Shown here piece after piece: positions 39,490 to 53,250 of a stretch of DNA of 64,000 nt; the first letter of the stretch is position 1; every line of letters begins with the position of its first letter. The DNA lies in assembly GCF_006345805.1 (NCBI RefSeq), contig NC_043006.1, positions 58,094,001-58,158,000 on the forward strand, in the 5' to 3' direction. The stretch comes from Octopus sinensis. Its lineage: Eukaryota. The notes below the pieces were generated by a model that was not told the DNA's origin, did no database searches, and was given only the letters and a program-made list of their open reading frames with translations. A program made the position numbers and the translations under genes.

Positions 39490-39534
39490 GTGTATATATA
39501 TATATGTATTATATATGTATATAATATATGTATG

Positions 39535-39567
<33 letters not shown>

Positions 39568-39677
39568 GTATATATGTATATATGTATCATATATGTATAT
39601 ATATATATGTATTATATATATGTATATATATATATGTTATATATATGTATATGTATATATATGTATAGTTATATATG

Positions 39678-39709
<32 letters not shown>

Positions 39710-40251
39710 AGATATATATATATATGTATATGTATTATATATATGTATATATATATGTTATATAATTATATATATATGTATAATATATATGTATATTATG
39801 TATATATATATATGTATTATATATATATGTATATATAATATGTATATATATTATATATATCTGTATATATATATTGTATAATATGTATATAATATATATA
39901 TGTATATATATATATGTATATATATATGTATATATATATATATGTATGCATATATATATGTATATATATGTGTATATGTATATATATGTATGTATATGTA
40001 TATATAGTATGTATATGTATATATATGTATGTATATGTATATATATGTATATTATATGTATATGTATAATATATATGTATAATAATATATATATAATATG
40101 TATATATATATGTATATATATATATGTATATATATATGTATATATATATATGTATACATAGGTATATATATAATATATATATTATATGTATATAATATAT
40201 TAGAGACAAAATGAATTTAATTTCATAATTTGAAACTGACTTATTGGAAGT

Positions 40252-40294
40252 CCACCTGAAGATTGTCGATCAAGACAAGAAACAATTATAGTGG
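40252..40294 (+). ncRNA. Minimal type I hammerhead (one stem III mismatch)
   Basis: Stem I CCAC/GUGG, CUGAAGA, stem II UUGUC/GACAA, GAAA, then ACAAUUAU (palindromic ACAAUUGU expected) and A17. Confidence 0.7.
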
Positions 40295-40619
40295 CGGTTT
40301 TTTTGACTATTTATTAAAATTTTATGTATTGATTAAGTCTTTCCTTGTTTGTTTTGCAAAATAGTGGTTTTGTCTCTAATAATATTATATAATATTGTTA
40401 CTATAAAATTAGATTTAATCCTAAATCTGATTTTTTCCTGTGAAATTTGGATTTATTCCCTAATTTTATTATATATATGTATATATATATATTTGTATAT
40501 ATATATGTATATACATATGTATATATATATATATATATTTGTAATATATATGTATATACATATGTATATATATATATAATATTATATATGTGTGTTGTAT
40601 ATATATATGTATAATATAA

Positions 40620-42375
40620 ATATGTAGAAAAAATAAAACTGGGACAAGAACGTAAAACTTAGAAGACGATACAAAAAACACGGACGGGACATTCGAAGCC
40701 TTCAATCTTCAGTCAAGAACCGGATCATCCTAGCAATTTTGGCTAATTAATCTTGAGATCGCTCCGATCCGGCCAGCCCCAAGGAAAAAAAAAAACTAAG
40801 TACGAGCATTAGATTTCTTGGAAGAAGGATCGAATGTATACGAAACAGGGACAGAAAAACGGACGAGCCACATATATATATGTATAATATATAGTATATA
40901 TATAACGGGAAGCTTTATGAAAATAGACAAAAAGACGAAGGAAGGTGGAAAACAAAACAAACAATTGTATTAGTATGACGCTCAGGAAATATAAATAAAA
41001 CAAGTCTTAACGTTTCGAGCCTACGCTCTTCAACAGAAAGAATACACAGAGAAATAAACGCCAGAAAGAAGGAGAGAAAAAAAATGCGTGCAGTAACTAA
41101 CGAATCAACATGGCGATCTGATTTCGGCCAGAAGTCAAAGATCAAACATGAGACGCGAGAGCGAAATTAGGGGAGATAATAGGGTTGAAATACCTACTCC
41201 AACATAAGGGTGTGTGTGTGTGTGTGTGTGTGTATGAGAGAGTATTAGTGCGTAGAGAGGTCTGGACGTGTGTATGTATAGGGTTGGTGTAGTATTAGTA
41301 TGTATTAGTATGTATTAGTTGGTGTATGTATTAGTATGGCACATCATATATGATATGATGTGTAAAGTCGTGTGGGTAGTGTGGAGAGAGGAGAAGAGGG
41401 GGAAGAGGAGGGGGAAGGGGAGGGGAGGGGAGGGGGAGAATGGAGAGGGGGGGGGGAGGAGGGAGGGGAGGAGGGAGGAGGGGGGAAAAGAGGAAAGAGG
41501 AGAGGGGGAGTGAGAAGGGGAGTGAGGGAGCAGAGGGAAGGGGAAGAGGGAAGGAGGGAGGGAGAAAGAGGGAAGGGGGAGGGAGAAAGAGGGAAGAAGG
41601 GAAGGGGAGTAGGTGTGAAGGATGAAGGACTGAAGAGAAGTAGGGGTCGGGGGGAAAAGTAGGTTGAGGAGGGGGGAGAGGGGGGTTGTTAGATGGGGGT
41701 TAGATGAGGAGGGGGGGAGAGTTGAGACAAATGGCGTATAAGAGCGAAGAGAGAAGATTAATCCTGTTCACGGCGCAAACGGGAATCCGGATGGCCTCTG
41801 TGTAAGGACAAACCGAACACAGACAGGTGGTGCAAGGAGTGACCGGTGGAGCGGAAAGGCGTGAGACCGGTTGTGTCGTTCGCAAGGTGGATGTCACGAA
41901 GGTGTTCCGCGAACCGGTCAGCAAGCGGCGTCCCGTTTGTCCGATGTACAAAGAATGGCAGAGAGAGCAAGAGACGCAATAGATAAATTGCTGGAGTGCA
42001 GGTGAAGGAGTTGATGATGCGATAGGGTCGATTATGGGTGCTAGTGAGGAGGGAGGGTGGTGTTAGAGAGGAAGTGCGGCAACGTGGGCGGGAGCAGGGG
42101 AACGAGCCGGGTTGGGAGGTAGGGTCAGGGAAGGAACTATGGACCAAAAGGTTTCGAAGGTTGTGGGCTCGTTTGAAAGAAAGGAGGGGTCGGTTAGGGA
42201 AGAGGGGTTGAAGTGGACGGGTCGGACTGGAGATGACGGAAAGCTCGAAGAATGGTGCGTTGGAGAGGTAGGGTCGTGGGGTGGTAAGTGAGGGGAAAGG
42301 GAGGCGGGAGACTACAGGGCGGGTACGGGGAGAGAGAGCAGATACACGGTCCACAGACCGTGCTCTGGCAAGGGC
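40620..42375 (-). mobile_element. Penelope-like element 3' portion: linker, GIY-YIG endonuclease remnant and pLTR-like tail
   Basis: Minus-strand [27 protein letters not shown] and [20 protein letters not shown] at 41700-42375. Hammerhead-like CUGUUGA-A-GAGC/GCUC-GAAACGUU at about 41005-41040, with a related copy at 36690-36722. Confidence 0.8.
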
Positions 42376-42443
42376 GTATATATATATGTATATATACATA
42401 TGTATATATATTATATATATGTATATATACATATATGTATATA

Positions 42444-42492
<49 letters not shown>

Positions 42493-42555
42493 GTATATAT
42501 ATATATGTATATGTATATATATATATGTATATGTATATATATATATGTATATAAA

Positions 42556-43098
42556 AGTTGAAGCACCTCAAAGGGCAATCACAAAAAAGATAGATGGCAT
42601 GACAGGCCTCGACTATTGGGGTCGACTAGAAAAGCTAAAACTTTATTCTCTCCAACGTCGTCGTGAGCGCTACATCATCTGCATGATGTGGAAAATATTC
42701 CATCAGCATTGCCCAAATGATGTTGGCATCACCTTTAAGGTACATCCAAGGCTTGGGCCCCGTGCCATCCGCCCAAAACAAAAATCGCACTCTCATCTCA
42801 TAACAACAATACGGCACAATTATTCACCTCAATTAGCCCCGCTCTTTAACATTACACCAAAACACATTAAAACAGAAACTGACCCTATAGGGTTCAACAA
42901 GTCTTTGGACAGATTCCTTCAAGAAATCCCGGATAAACCCCCTACACCCGGATATGTCTCTGTAAACAATAACTCTCTACTTGAGTGGGCCATAGTGCCC
43001 AAATTCTGACTTGAAAGACTTCACCAGGTGGTGCTATTAAGTAGACATGGCCTGGGCCAATATTGGCCGAACCTATCAAAGTATCAAAGTATCAAAGT
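42556..43098 (+). mobile_element. CR1-clade LINE 3' end
   Basis: [37 protein letters not shown] and [16 protein letters not shown], ending in an 8-bp tail repeat (TATCAAAG)3. Confidence 0.85.
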
Positions 43099-43149
43099 AT
43101 ATGTATATATATATATGTATATGTATATATATGTATATGTATATATATA

Positions 43150-43184
<35 letters not shown>

Positions 43185-43244
43185 TATATATATATATATA
43201 TGTATATATATATAATGTATATATATATTATGTATATGTATATA

Positions 43245-43310
<66 letters not shown>

Positions 43311-43549
43311 GGGGGCGCAATGGCCTAGTGGTTAGGGCAGCGGACCCGCAGTCGTATGATCACGTCAGTGATTGGCTGAAATTGCAGAAATTGCAAAGAA
43401 AAACCCAAATATCTTACAAACTATAGAATTTTCTCGAAGCCAAGAGAAAAAGATGTTTTATAAACACATTCTACTAGTATACGAAGTTTAAAATTTTTTA
43501 GTTACCTAGAAATTATTTTAAAAAACTGCCGTTCAAACCGAAAAGATCC
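43311..43549. mobile_element. Truncated tRNA-like SINE head (43311-43360) fused to a partial Merlin-like MITE (43361-43549)
   Basis: GGGGCGCAATGGCCTAGTGGTTAGG A box. The MITE part ends AAACTGCCGTTCAAACCGAAAAGATCC. Confidence 0.7.
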
Positions 43550-43582
43550 TATATATATATTCAAAATAAATACTCGTAAATA

Positions 43583-43619
<37 letters not shown>

Positions 43620-43837
43620 ATTATTAAGTCAGCGAGCTAAACAGCTATTTAACAAATTCTTAATACTATGAGAGGGTACACAAAGCACCAGCTTGCTAGA
43701 GAGTGGAAGTAAAAAAACCCAATTTAACCACTAATCTTACTGAAAATGTGTAACGGACCATCAGAAATCGGGCAAACGAGTGGAATTTAACGTTATCTCA
43801 GCTAAAAAAAAAAAACGTAGAATACGGTAATAGATAT

Positions 43838-43890
43838 ACCTGGACCAGGCTTTCAAATTCTGGCTAGAGCTTCAATTCTCCTCAGCAGAT
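43838..43890 (-). ncRNA. Degenerate type I hammerhead
   Basis: Minus strand: stem I AUCUG/CAGGU, CUGAGGA, stem II GAAUU/AAUUU, GAAA, mismatched stem III, GUC triplet. Confidence 0.5.
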
Positions 43891-44313
43891 CTTGCTGTAC
43901 CTAAAATGGCGCGGGACAATTCAAGACTTAATGGATTACTCAATTGCAGTGAGACTAGTGGTTAAGTTGAGGCTTTTACCTGCACTTTCTATTAAGTTGG
44001 TGCTTCGTGTGCCCTCTAATATAATTAAGAGTGTATTGTGTAGCTGTTTAATGCTAATATCGATTGCGGTCACTAATGTTATGTTATCAATTTTTTGAAT
44101 TTGCCCCAATAATAATAATGATAATATCTTTACAAGTATTGTGAATACTTACTCATATTATATATATATATATATATATATACGTCTATGTGCGCGCGCG
44201 GTGTGTATGTGTTTGTACTCCACCACCGCTTAACAACCGATAGAGGTGTGTTTGCGTCCCCGTACCTTAGCGGTTCGGCATAAGACTGATAGAATAAATA
44301 CTGGGCTTAATAA

Positions 44314-45285
44314 GGGTGGCGGGTATTTGATACTTTCACTCGCACGATTTTCACTAAGGAAAACAGACTCGGATTTTTTGTGTGGAATCAATTACCCTGA
44401 CCTAATATACGGCAAACCCTTTATTTTTGTTCGGTAAAAAATGGGGTGGGAAACCGGACCCTCCCCCATACCCCGGAATCATTAAGAGAGAGAGAGTGAG
44501 AGAGAGGAGTGAGAGATAAAGATAGAGAATGAGTGAGTGAGAGAAAGAGAGAGTGAGTCAGTGGGTGACGAAGTTTACCTAAACCTCACTCGCTGTTTCT
44601 CCCCACACAAATATGAAATTCATTTCGGCGCCAAAAATTGCAAAGGGAAAATGCTTTAGTTTTTCAAATCTATTTTGCAACCTGGGATTATGTATATTAT
44701 ATCCAGTGATTTTAAGAGGTAAGAAAAAGAAATTTTTCTACTTCGTTTCACAGATACATGCAAAAACTCTAACGTGTTTTTTTGGGGGGTGGGGGGTGAA
44801 TTTATAGTTCGTTATCTCTCCACACACTTCGTTACCATTAACTTCTATAACCTCTGCATTTTCACTTATCCATTTCAAACTTCGTTGAATTTTCAATCTC
44901 ATGCAATCCACATTCTCTCGAAAACGTATTTCTACAAAATGCTATCTAAAATTATGGGTAAAGAAAGAAATAGCAAAAAATATTTGAAAATGGCGGTGGA
45001 ATTTCCGAGGGTTCCATCCCACCCAACTCCATTTTTCAGACCCCCCAAAAAGGATTTGAAGTATATTAGGAAGTCACCGGAACTGATTCAATGCAAAAAA
45101 TAAAAAATTTCCAATGATTCCGGAATATGGGGGGAGGGTCCGGATTCCCACCCCCAATTTTTTCCGAACAAAAATAAGGGAGTTGCAGAATATCAGGAGG
45201 TCAGTGTACCTGATTCCACGCAAAAAAAATCCGAGTTATTTTTTTCTGAGTGAAAATTGTGCCGGTGAAAGAATCAAATAATACC
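44314..45285. mobile_element. Foldback DNA element with ~165-bp inverted arms inserted into a SINE family B body
   Basis: 44324-44483 is inverted at 45113-45280. The SINE halves 44200-44313 and 45286-45375 rejoin to the consensus. Confidence 0.8.
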
Positions 45286-47252
45286 TCCTGGGGTCGGTTT
45301 GGTCAACTAAAACTCTTCAAGATAGCACCCCGGCGTGACTGCTGTCAAATGCTGAAACAAGTAAAAGCTAAAAGATATATATTGATATAACCATATACAA
45401 ACGTAGCATCATTCAATTGTAAAGAGGTGATTAATTTAACTAAATCCTCTCCCCACACACTCTCGTATCTAAAAAACATGTCGTCGATGACTAACAATTG
45501 CCAACACTTCGGAAATGAAAAGCCATGTGGAATTATTACATGGTTTCTTATTCGATAAGAGAGTAACAAATTTTCACTTCCAATTTCAAATGAATTAACA
45601 TGTCTTAAACAAAATATGATCTTAGTAATAAATCAACTTAACTCTAGTATAACTCATTCAATATGTCACAATGACAAACAAGAATTATTTTACGTTCTCT
45701 CGATGTTTAGTAATTCCATTGACGTCAACAATACTATTCTCATTGATAAGAATAAAGTTTCTAAAATGTGCAAGTTGGAAGGATTACTTTGGTTCATTAG
45801 TAAAACACCAGTTACTTTTATAGGTGATATGAGTTCGAGTCCAACGGGCAGTTTTCAACATTTTTAGTATAAGGATTTATTTAACCAAATATCTACACGC
45901 CTTATTTATTTATTTTTGCGTCGTGATATACCTTTCATTAAAATAATTATTTCAAATTAAAATCATTCATTAATTATATTTCCAACTTATTAATTATTTT
46001 GTAATCTAAATTAAATTTCATCACATAAACTACGTTATATAATAATTAGTTTAACTGGGATTGCACTATATACTGAGGTATCATCGAAGGACCATGTCAA
46101 TGGGAAAAGAACATGTCTAATAGCATTGACTGCTATTCTAGTGTATATTGACGTACCATCGCTCACTGCAGTATGATCAATTCTACAACACATATCAAGG
46201 TATGAACTGTTGTAACCAATTTAGTAAATAACCTGGATTGAAACACATTGAAGGATATATTTAGATTCACTTAGAACATATAGGCACATTTCAAAAAAGC
46301 TAAAGCTAACCTGGATACCTAACAACAAATTTGCTTTCCTTTTGATACAACCGCTTGAGATCGTTCATGGTTCTATGTTACAGATTTCAGGCTTTGTAGT
46401 GATCTGCATAAAAATCTTTCGTCAAAAGTTCATATTCATTTATGTTGTAAAAACTAGCTTAATATTGACAAAGTTATTTCACTAAAGCCATCATTATTTC
46501 CAAAATTAATTGAAATAAAGGCAGTGTATTTAAACAGAAATATAATAACAAATGAGTTCAGGTGATCTAAAAACTTTCCATCAACATTTCGTGCTGTTTT
46601 ATGCGTCAAATACACTCTAAATATAACAAAGAATTTTACAAAATTCCTTAAGATATTCAAAATTAATTAAAACGAATACAGTATAGTTCACTTCACTTAC
46701 TGGAATATTGTAGCAAAAGGGTTAATTATTTATAGAAAGAGGTTATACGACAATATGACCAGTATGATTGTAGCAAAAGAAACAGATGCTTCGGGCTCGG
46801 CATTTTCAGAGGCTTAGTGCTAAATGCTTTAGTGCCATTGTACTAAACTACTTTCAACTTTTACAAACGATTGGGTATTAAAAGTTAATTCGATACAATT
46901 CAAATGAAACGCTCGCAAGCTCTCAAATGCAATTCGGATATTCTGCCCATGCTTTATTACTACAGTTCTGTATTGTATACTGTCATCCAAAATACCTCTA
47001 AGGCCTAATAAACTTTAATTATACGAATTAGAATTAAATTGAATGTCAACTGTAAAAACACAGATTTTATTCATTTTTGTCACGCGCTATTTATATTTAT
47101 ATTTTGAGCACGGTAATTGTGCTTAATTAGTATTTTCTTCAAAAATATGTTTGGCTGAACTCCTCTTTCCCTATATAACAATAGTCGATTTAAATGTTGG
47201 TTAGTTGCTTGATTGGTTGAACTCTCCAGTCATGCTTTATATCATGTGGAAA

Positions 47253-47290
<38 letters not shown>

Positions 47291-47653
47291 AAAGAGAGAT
47301 GCTGAGAGAATGAGTATAGAAGGCGGAGGAGGAGGATGAGTATACATACTAAGCTCGGTGGCAGGCAACACGCACATACACAGTGAGTGGGAAAGTTATA
47401 TAGAGACACATAAGGAGGGGAAGGGGTGGATTAACAGGATGTAGTTATGGAAGGAGTTATAGAAATGAGAAATTTGTTTTATTCAATTTTATTTCAAAGT
47501 AATAACTATTTTTCTTTTGAAAATTGTCATTCATTTCGTACAAGTATATAAAAGTTAAATTATAATTATTCTATGCATTCCATATGTCCTGACGCCTCCC
47601 ATAGCGTCAAAAGTAAACTACCCGTTTACTATCTGTAATATATTACAGACACA

Positions 47654-48312
47654 GGGCGGCGAAATGCCAGAATTGTTAGCACGCCGGGCGAAATGCGTAG
47701 CTGTATTTTGTCTGCCGTTGCGTTCTGAGTTCAAATTCCGCCGAGGTCGACTTTGCCTTTCATCCTCTCGGGGTCGATAGATTAAGTACCAGTTACGCAC
47801 TGGGGTCGATATAATCGACTTAATCCGTTTGTCTGTCCTTGTTTGTCCTCTGTGTTTAGCCCCTTGTGGGTAGTAAAGAAATAGGTATTTCGTCTGTCGT
47901 TATGTTCTCAGTTCAAATTCCACCGAGGTCGACTTTGCCTTTCATCCTCTCGGTGTCGATAAATAAAGTACCAGTTTCGCACTGGGTCGATGTAATCGAC
48001 TTAATCCCTTTGTCTGTCCTTGTTTGTCCCCTCTATGTTTAGCCCCTTGTGGGTAGTAAAGAAATATGTATTACAGTCACAGGGCAGCGAACTGGCAGAA
48101 TCGTTAGCACGCCGGGCGAAATGCTTAGCGGTATTTCGTCTGCCGCTACGTTCTGAGTTCAAATTCCGCCGATGTCGACTTTGCCTTTTATGCTTTTGGG
48201 AGTCAATTAGATAGTACCAGTTACGCATTGGCATCGATGTAATCGATTTAATCCCTTTTTCTGTCCTTGTTTATCCCCTCTATGTTTATCCCCCTGTGGG
48301 CAATAAAGAAAT
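47654..48312 (+). mobile_element. SINE family A dimer (47654-48065) plus monomer (48081-48312)
   Basis: Three cores. The TATTAC.G.CAC target motif recurs at 47641, 48069 and 48318. Confidence 0.85.
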
Positions 48313-48904
48313 ATATATATTACTGACACCGATAATGCTAGTCATTTGCAATAAACGAAATCAGGATTTTTGAACAAGTAGGAACTATTTTAGTTTCCAC
48401 TTTAATTGTATGTCATTAAACAAAATCGTAATACAAATAAATTATTACAATCATATTTTCAACGTTAGAATACAACATTTCTTATTGCACAGAGTCTGAC
48501 AGAAAAATCTCTTGTGTTTCACACAGCTATTGGTGTGCTACTGAAGTTAGGCAGATAGTAATGTTAATTTCATGTACGAGGAGTGTCCTAGCTTTGGATA
48601 AAAGACAATACAGGTGGATCAGTTAATGATTTTATTTAGCATGTTCCCCTCTGAGGTTCACACACTTATTGCAGCGATCCTTCAATTTTTCTAAGTCCTA
48701 CAAAAGAACTGGGAAGCTTGGGCCTACAACCAGGCCTTTCGTGATACCCTAAAAGCCAGAAACTTTTCAGCATCATAGCTAATGTTTTTTTTGTTTTTTT
48801 GTTTTTTTCTCGGTTAGCATCATATTTTGGCGGATCGATTGAACACTGAGCATTTGTTGCTCAAGTGATTGTCAATAATGGTGAATCTAAGAAAGTTTTT
48901 GCAA

Positions 48905-49460
48905 CACTCAGTCATTAGACTGCGACCATGCCGAGGCGTCACCTTGAGGAATTTTAGCTGAACTAATTCATCCTAGTACTTATTTTCTTTTAAAGCCTGA
49001 TACTTATTCTATCGTTTTCTTTTGCCGAACCGCTAAGTTACGGAATTGAAAACATACCAACACCGGGTGTCAATCAGTGGTGAGGGACAAATACAAAGAC
49101 ACGCACATGCATATATATATTAGGTTGATGCATAATTATTGCGGCTTTTTTTTAAATACATTTTATTCAATAAAAAATTTTTAACAAAACGCCAAACAGA
49201 AATTGAAGTAGATGGTGAATATGCTCCGGAATAATCATTTAAATATGTTTTTGTTAAATGTTGTTATTGTTTTTGTTGAATACAATTTATTGAAAAAAAG
49301 CCGCAATAATTATGCTCCAACCTAATATATATAACGGGCTTCTTTCAGTTTTTGTCAACCAGATCCACTCACAAGGCTCGAAGCTGTAGTAGAAAACACT
49401 TGCTCAAGGTGCCATGCAGTGGAACTAACACGAGACCATGCGGTTTGGAAGCAAACGTCT
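48905..49460 (-). mobile_element. SINE family B interrupted by a mariner MITE (49120-49325)
   Basis: MITE TIR TTAGGTTG.TGCATAATTATTGCGG inserted in the TA run, with an internal IEVDGEYAPE* transposase C-terminus. Confidence 0.8.
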
Positions 49461-51905
49461 TTATTTCATTAAATTGGCCACACAGGCCGTGCAAAGATGG
49501 GGCGAACAAGGACTGACAAAACACAAAAGGTGAAGAAGCTGCTTTAATTAAAAGTTAATGTCCGAATGAATGATGATAGCAGAAAATGACATAATTATAA
49601 TGCAATTATAAATATAATAGAATATAATTATTATTGCAATATGCAATAATTCGCGACAAAAGGAAAGGCATCCAGCCATCTGACCCCACTTACCTGGTGC
49701 CGATCACTCTCAACTTGCTTGTCACAGTCTTCCATCTTTTCACGAATGTACTCAGCGACAGGCACCTTTTCTCCAGCCTGATCTTACTTATGAGGTGGTA
49801 ACTAAAGAAGTTTACCAACCCCTGGCCGGAGACAAAGGTACCTGTCACTATGCCTTTCACACGCGTCTTTCATACTGTTTCTTTCAGTATGGCTACTACG
49901 CAGGAGAAACAAGCCCTTCTTTCCTTGTCAAAAAAATCTCGATGATGGACTCCGCTGATAGCTGGACTCTTCCTATTACTGACAACAGTTGTTCGACAAA
50001 TGCTATCAGTCCTGATAACTCCGGACACTCCACGAATGCGTACAAGACAGTTTCCCTGACCTGCCTGCATCTCAGGCATGTCGGCGAGACGGCACTACCG
50101 TGCCTCGACACCTTATCCCGAACCTGTATTGTCGCACGGAAGCACTGCCAAGCCAAGGATTTCTGGTAATTATCCAGATACCTCGGCCCGAACGTTCTTC
50201 TGAACAGGTTGATCAACTGATTTTCATTGTAGCCCAGGGTCTCCCCCAAGGCGTCTTCTGACACAGATCCCACTAACCCGCTATAGAATTCCGCGGTGGA
50301 CCTCCTGTTGCTGGCATTGCCCACCCGAGAGAGTAGCTGAAGCGCCTGGCGACACTCCAGTTGCCAGTCTCCCAGCCTAGGTCTCTGCTTGATCCATGTA
50401 CCAATGTCCGTTAAGGACGTTAACTGTGGAAGGTAGAACCGGACGTGCGGTGACCACACCTGCTCCCCATCCAGGTAAAGCCAGAGGTGCCTCAAACTTA
50501 ACGCAAGTTTTCGCATCCACAGCCAAGGCATTCCTAGCCCACCCTTTAGCGGTTTCTAGCAGCAGACAGAGCGCTTCACAAGCAGCTTTCCTCCCTTCCA
50601 CAAAAAGCGGAAAAGGATTCTCTCCAGCTTGTTCAGTCGCAAATTGGGGCAAGGTAGCACGGTCAGACGGTAGGTGATAACTGATGTTATAAACATCTGC
50701 ACCACCTCCGCCTTTCCTAGCAAGGATAACGCCCACCTAGACCATGTCTGTGTTAGAGCAGTTACGTTACTGTTTACCTCACTCCAATTTTTCTCTATCT
50801 GGAGGTCTGGGCCAAACCAGACCCCAAGCAGCTTAACAGGACCTTCCGTCCAACGCCCCACGACGTTATTGGACGCCATCGGCTTGCCCCTCCAGGTGCC
50901 GAGTTGCAAACCGACCGACTTGTCCTAGTTAACCTTTGCTCCTGCCACCGCCTTGTAACTTTAGATAGCCTCTTCCACTACTGGAAGCTGGCCCTCATGC
51001 GCCACGATGATGGAGATGTCCTCCGCATACACCGCTGCTCCTCTTCCAAACCACAGATCATTCGGCACGCCCCTAGTGCCTCCAGCTTCCGTAACAATGG
51101 CTCAAGAGCCAACACATACAAAAGCGGAGACAGGGGACACCTCTGGCGCACAGAGCACTCGGTCTTGAATGGGTTCGAAGGGAAACAATTCACTTGGACG
51201 ACAGACTCGATGTCGCTGTACAAAGCAGCAATCCAATCGCGGAAGATCGGGCCTAGGCCAGCCTTCTCGAGGACTGCCGCCAAGTACCGATGGACGACCT
51301 TATCAAATGCTTTAGACTGGTCTAAATGTACCAGTGCCCTCCGAAAGCTTCCCTACCCTCTCTAAGGTGTAGCGTATAAGGTGGAGATTATCATGGATCG
51401 ACCTGCCCGGGATGGCGCAAGTTTACGCCCCGCCAACAAGTCTGTCCACGACCCACGCCAACCTTTTCGCTAGCACCTTGGCCAAAATCTTTAACTCTGT
51501 GTTTAGCAGAGTTATAGGCCTAAAATTACTTATTTCGTCCCCCTTACTCGGGTCCTTTCTTATCAACCCCACGGCTTGCAGACTTGGGAATTCTCTCATT
51601 CTGTTGCCAGCAGGTGCCCGAACAAGTCTGGCATGTTTTTATAGAATTCATAAGGTAGACCATCGAGACCCGCCGACTTCTCCCCCAGGGGATTCGCCTG
51701 GCACCTAGATCACCTCCTCAGCTGTGACTGGTCATTCACAGCACTCAGCCCTTCGTGCCGAGAGACGCGGGCTGACAGTCAGGAAGTCCTTAAGGGCCTC
51801 ACCACGATCCAGCGTCCATCACCTCCCGAACAACTCGGCAAAGTGCTTGTAAAGCGCCTCATACATCGACCGAACACCCATTGTCATCAACCAGAGACCT
51901 AATTG
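49460..51905 (-). mobile_element. Tx1/L1-clade LINE ORF2 (reverse transcriptase) pseudogene, 5'-truncated
   Basis: RPITLLNTELKILAKVLA, LDQSKAFDKVVHRYL, SVRQRCPLSPLLYVLALEPL, AYAEDI (decayed YADD), KLLGVWFG and C-terminal CLRC...ETVLYAFVEC. Multiple frameshifts. Confidence 0.9.
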
Positions 51906-52140
51906 TGTTGAACCGAGAAACATAACAGTTCAACAAATAATAGTAACAAGTTCAACAATACCAGGAGTAGTAAAAATATAATCCAACGGTAAATCCAACG
52001 ATAATTTCAGCACGAAGCGCAAACAACGACCATGGTCTATAACCGGAAGCAAGCTAATTTGTTTCAATATTTTGCCATAAAGACATAACATAGAGAGGAC
52101 ACTACAAAACATGTTGGGACATATAACAATTAAAAATATG

Positions 52141-52549
52141 GGATATTTTCGGTTTGAACGGCAGTTTTTTAAAATAATTTCCACGTAACTAAACACTTTT
52201 AAACTTCGTATACTGGTAGAATGTGTTTATAAGACATCTTTTTCTCTTGGCTTTATTGAGAAAATTCTATAGTTTGTAAGATATTTGTTGTTTTTTTCTT
52301 CAATTTCTGCAATTTCAACCAATCACTGACGTCTATTGAGGTAAAAAAACATTCTGTGCCGTATGAATATGTCCCTCGTTTAAGAAACAGATTAGGTTTA
52401 TTTACATTTGTGAAGAAAAAAATACCCTTCCCCCCACCCCTAACCCTAAAACACATTGAAATGCAATAGATCGATACTAGGGTCATAATTATGGGTGACA
52501 ATTTCATATGACACCGCTAGAAAAACTGCCGCTCAAACCGAAAAGATCC
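52141..52549. mobile_element. Merlin-like MITE (same family as 28899-29315)
   Basis: GG...CC TIRs and 8-bp TSD AAAATATG on both sides. Confidence 0.85.
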
Positions 52550-53208
52550 AAAATATGTAAAAATAAAATATGATACTATGAGTGACGTGAAAATGAGCAT
52601 GAGAAAATAAATTAAGGTTATGATAACATGCATGATATCTGAAAATGAAACTATGATGAGTTTAGTACTCACCCCACACTGGGTAACACCAATCGCTACC
52701 TTTAAGTCCTAATTCCTCTTTAAACTCTGGTCTAATCCTTCTAATTCTGCTCTCGCTACTGATTAATGACAACACTCTTTCGTAACCTTTTTCACCGGGG
52801 GGAGGAGTCTTCTAAATTCTGAGGTGTCTGCTCTTTTTTTCTTTTTTTTTCCTGTGGGGAAAGGGGGTGGGTGAGTCTGGTGTCTGTATAGGGCGGGTGG
52901 GTCTGAGTGGTCTTGGGTGGGATGGAGTTGGACTGGGGTACCACATCACACTCAGTGTTCTTTCTTTTCTTCCTCTTCTTCCTTCTACTCTCTGTTACGC
53001 CCCATTCTTCCTCCTTTCCTACGTCTTTCTTTTTTCCTCTCTTTATGTTGGCAAGATTATTTAATGTTTCAGCAAGCAGTTATGTTATCATGGCAGTAAC
53101 GTACTGAAAGACGTATGTATTTTATAAATTATAAAATAGCAAACGTTTTCTGTAATGTATTAATACTATATGTACACACACCCACAAACAAACACACACA
53201 CACACACA

Positions 53209-53250
<42 letters not shown>

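Noticed and set aside
39195-40705. Y/I/M-rich ORFs
   Set aside because: TA-rich microsatellite artefacts.
41319-41720. G/E/R-rich ORFs
   Set aside because: Purine-rich low-complexity tract belonging to the Penelope 3' region.
43311-43360. tRNA gene
   Set aside because: Only the 5' half is present, truncated by a MITE.
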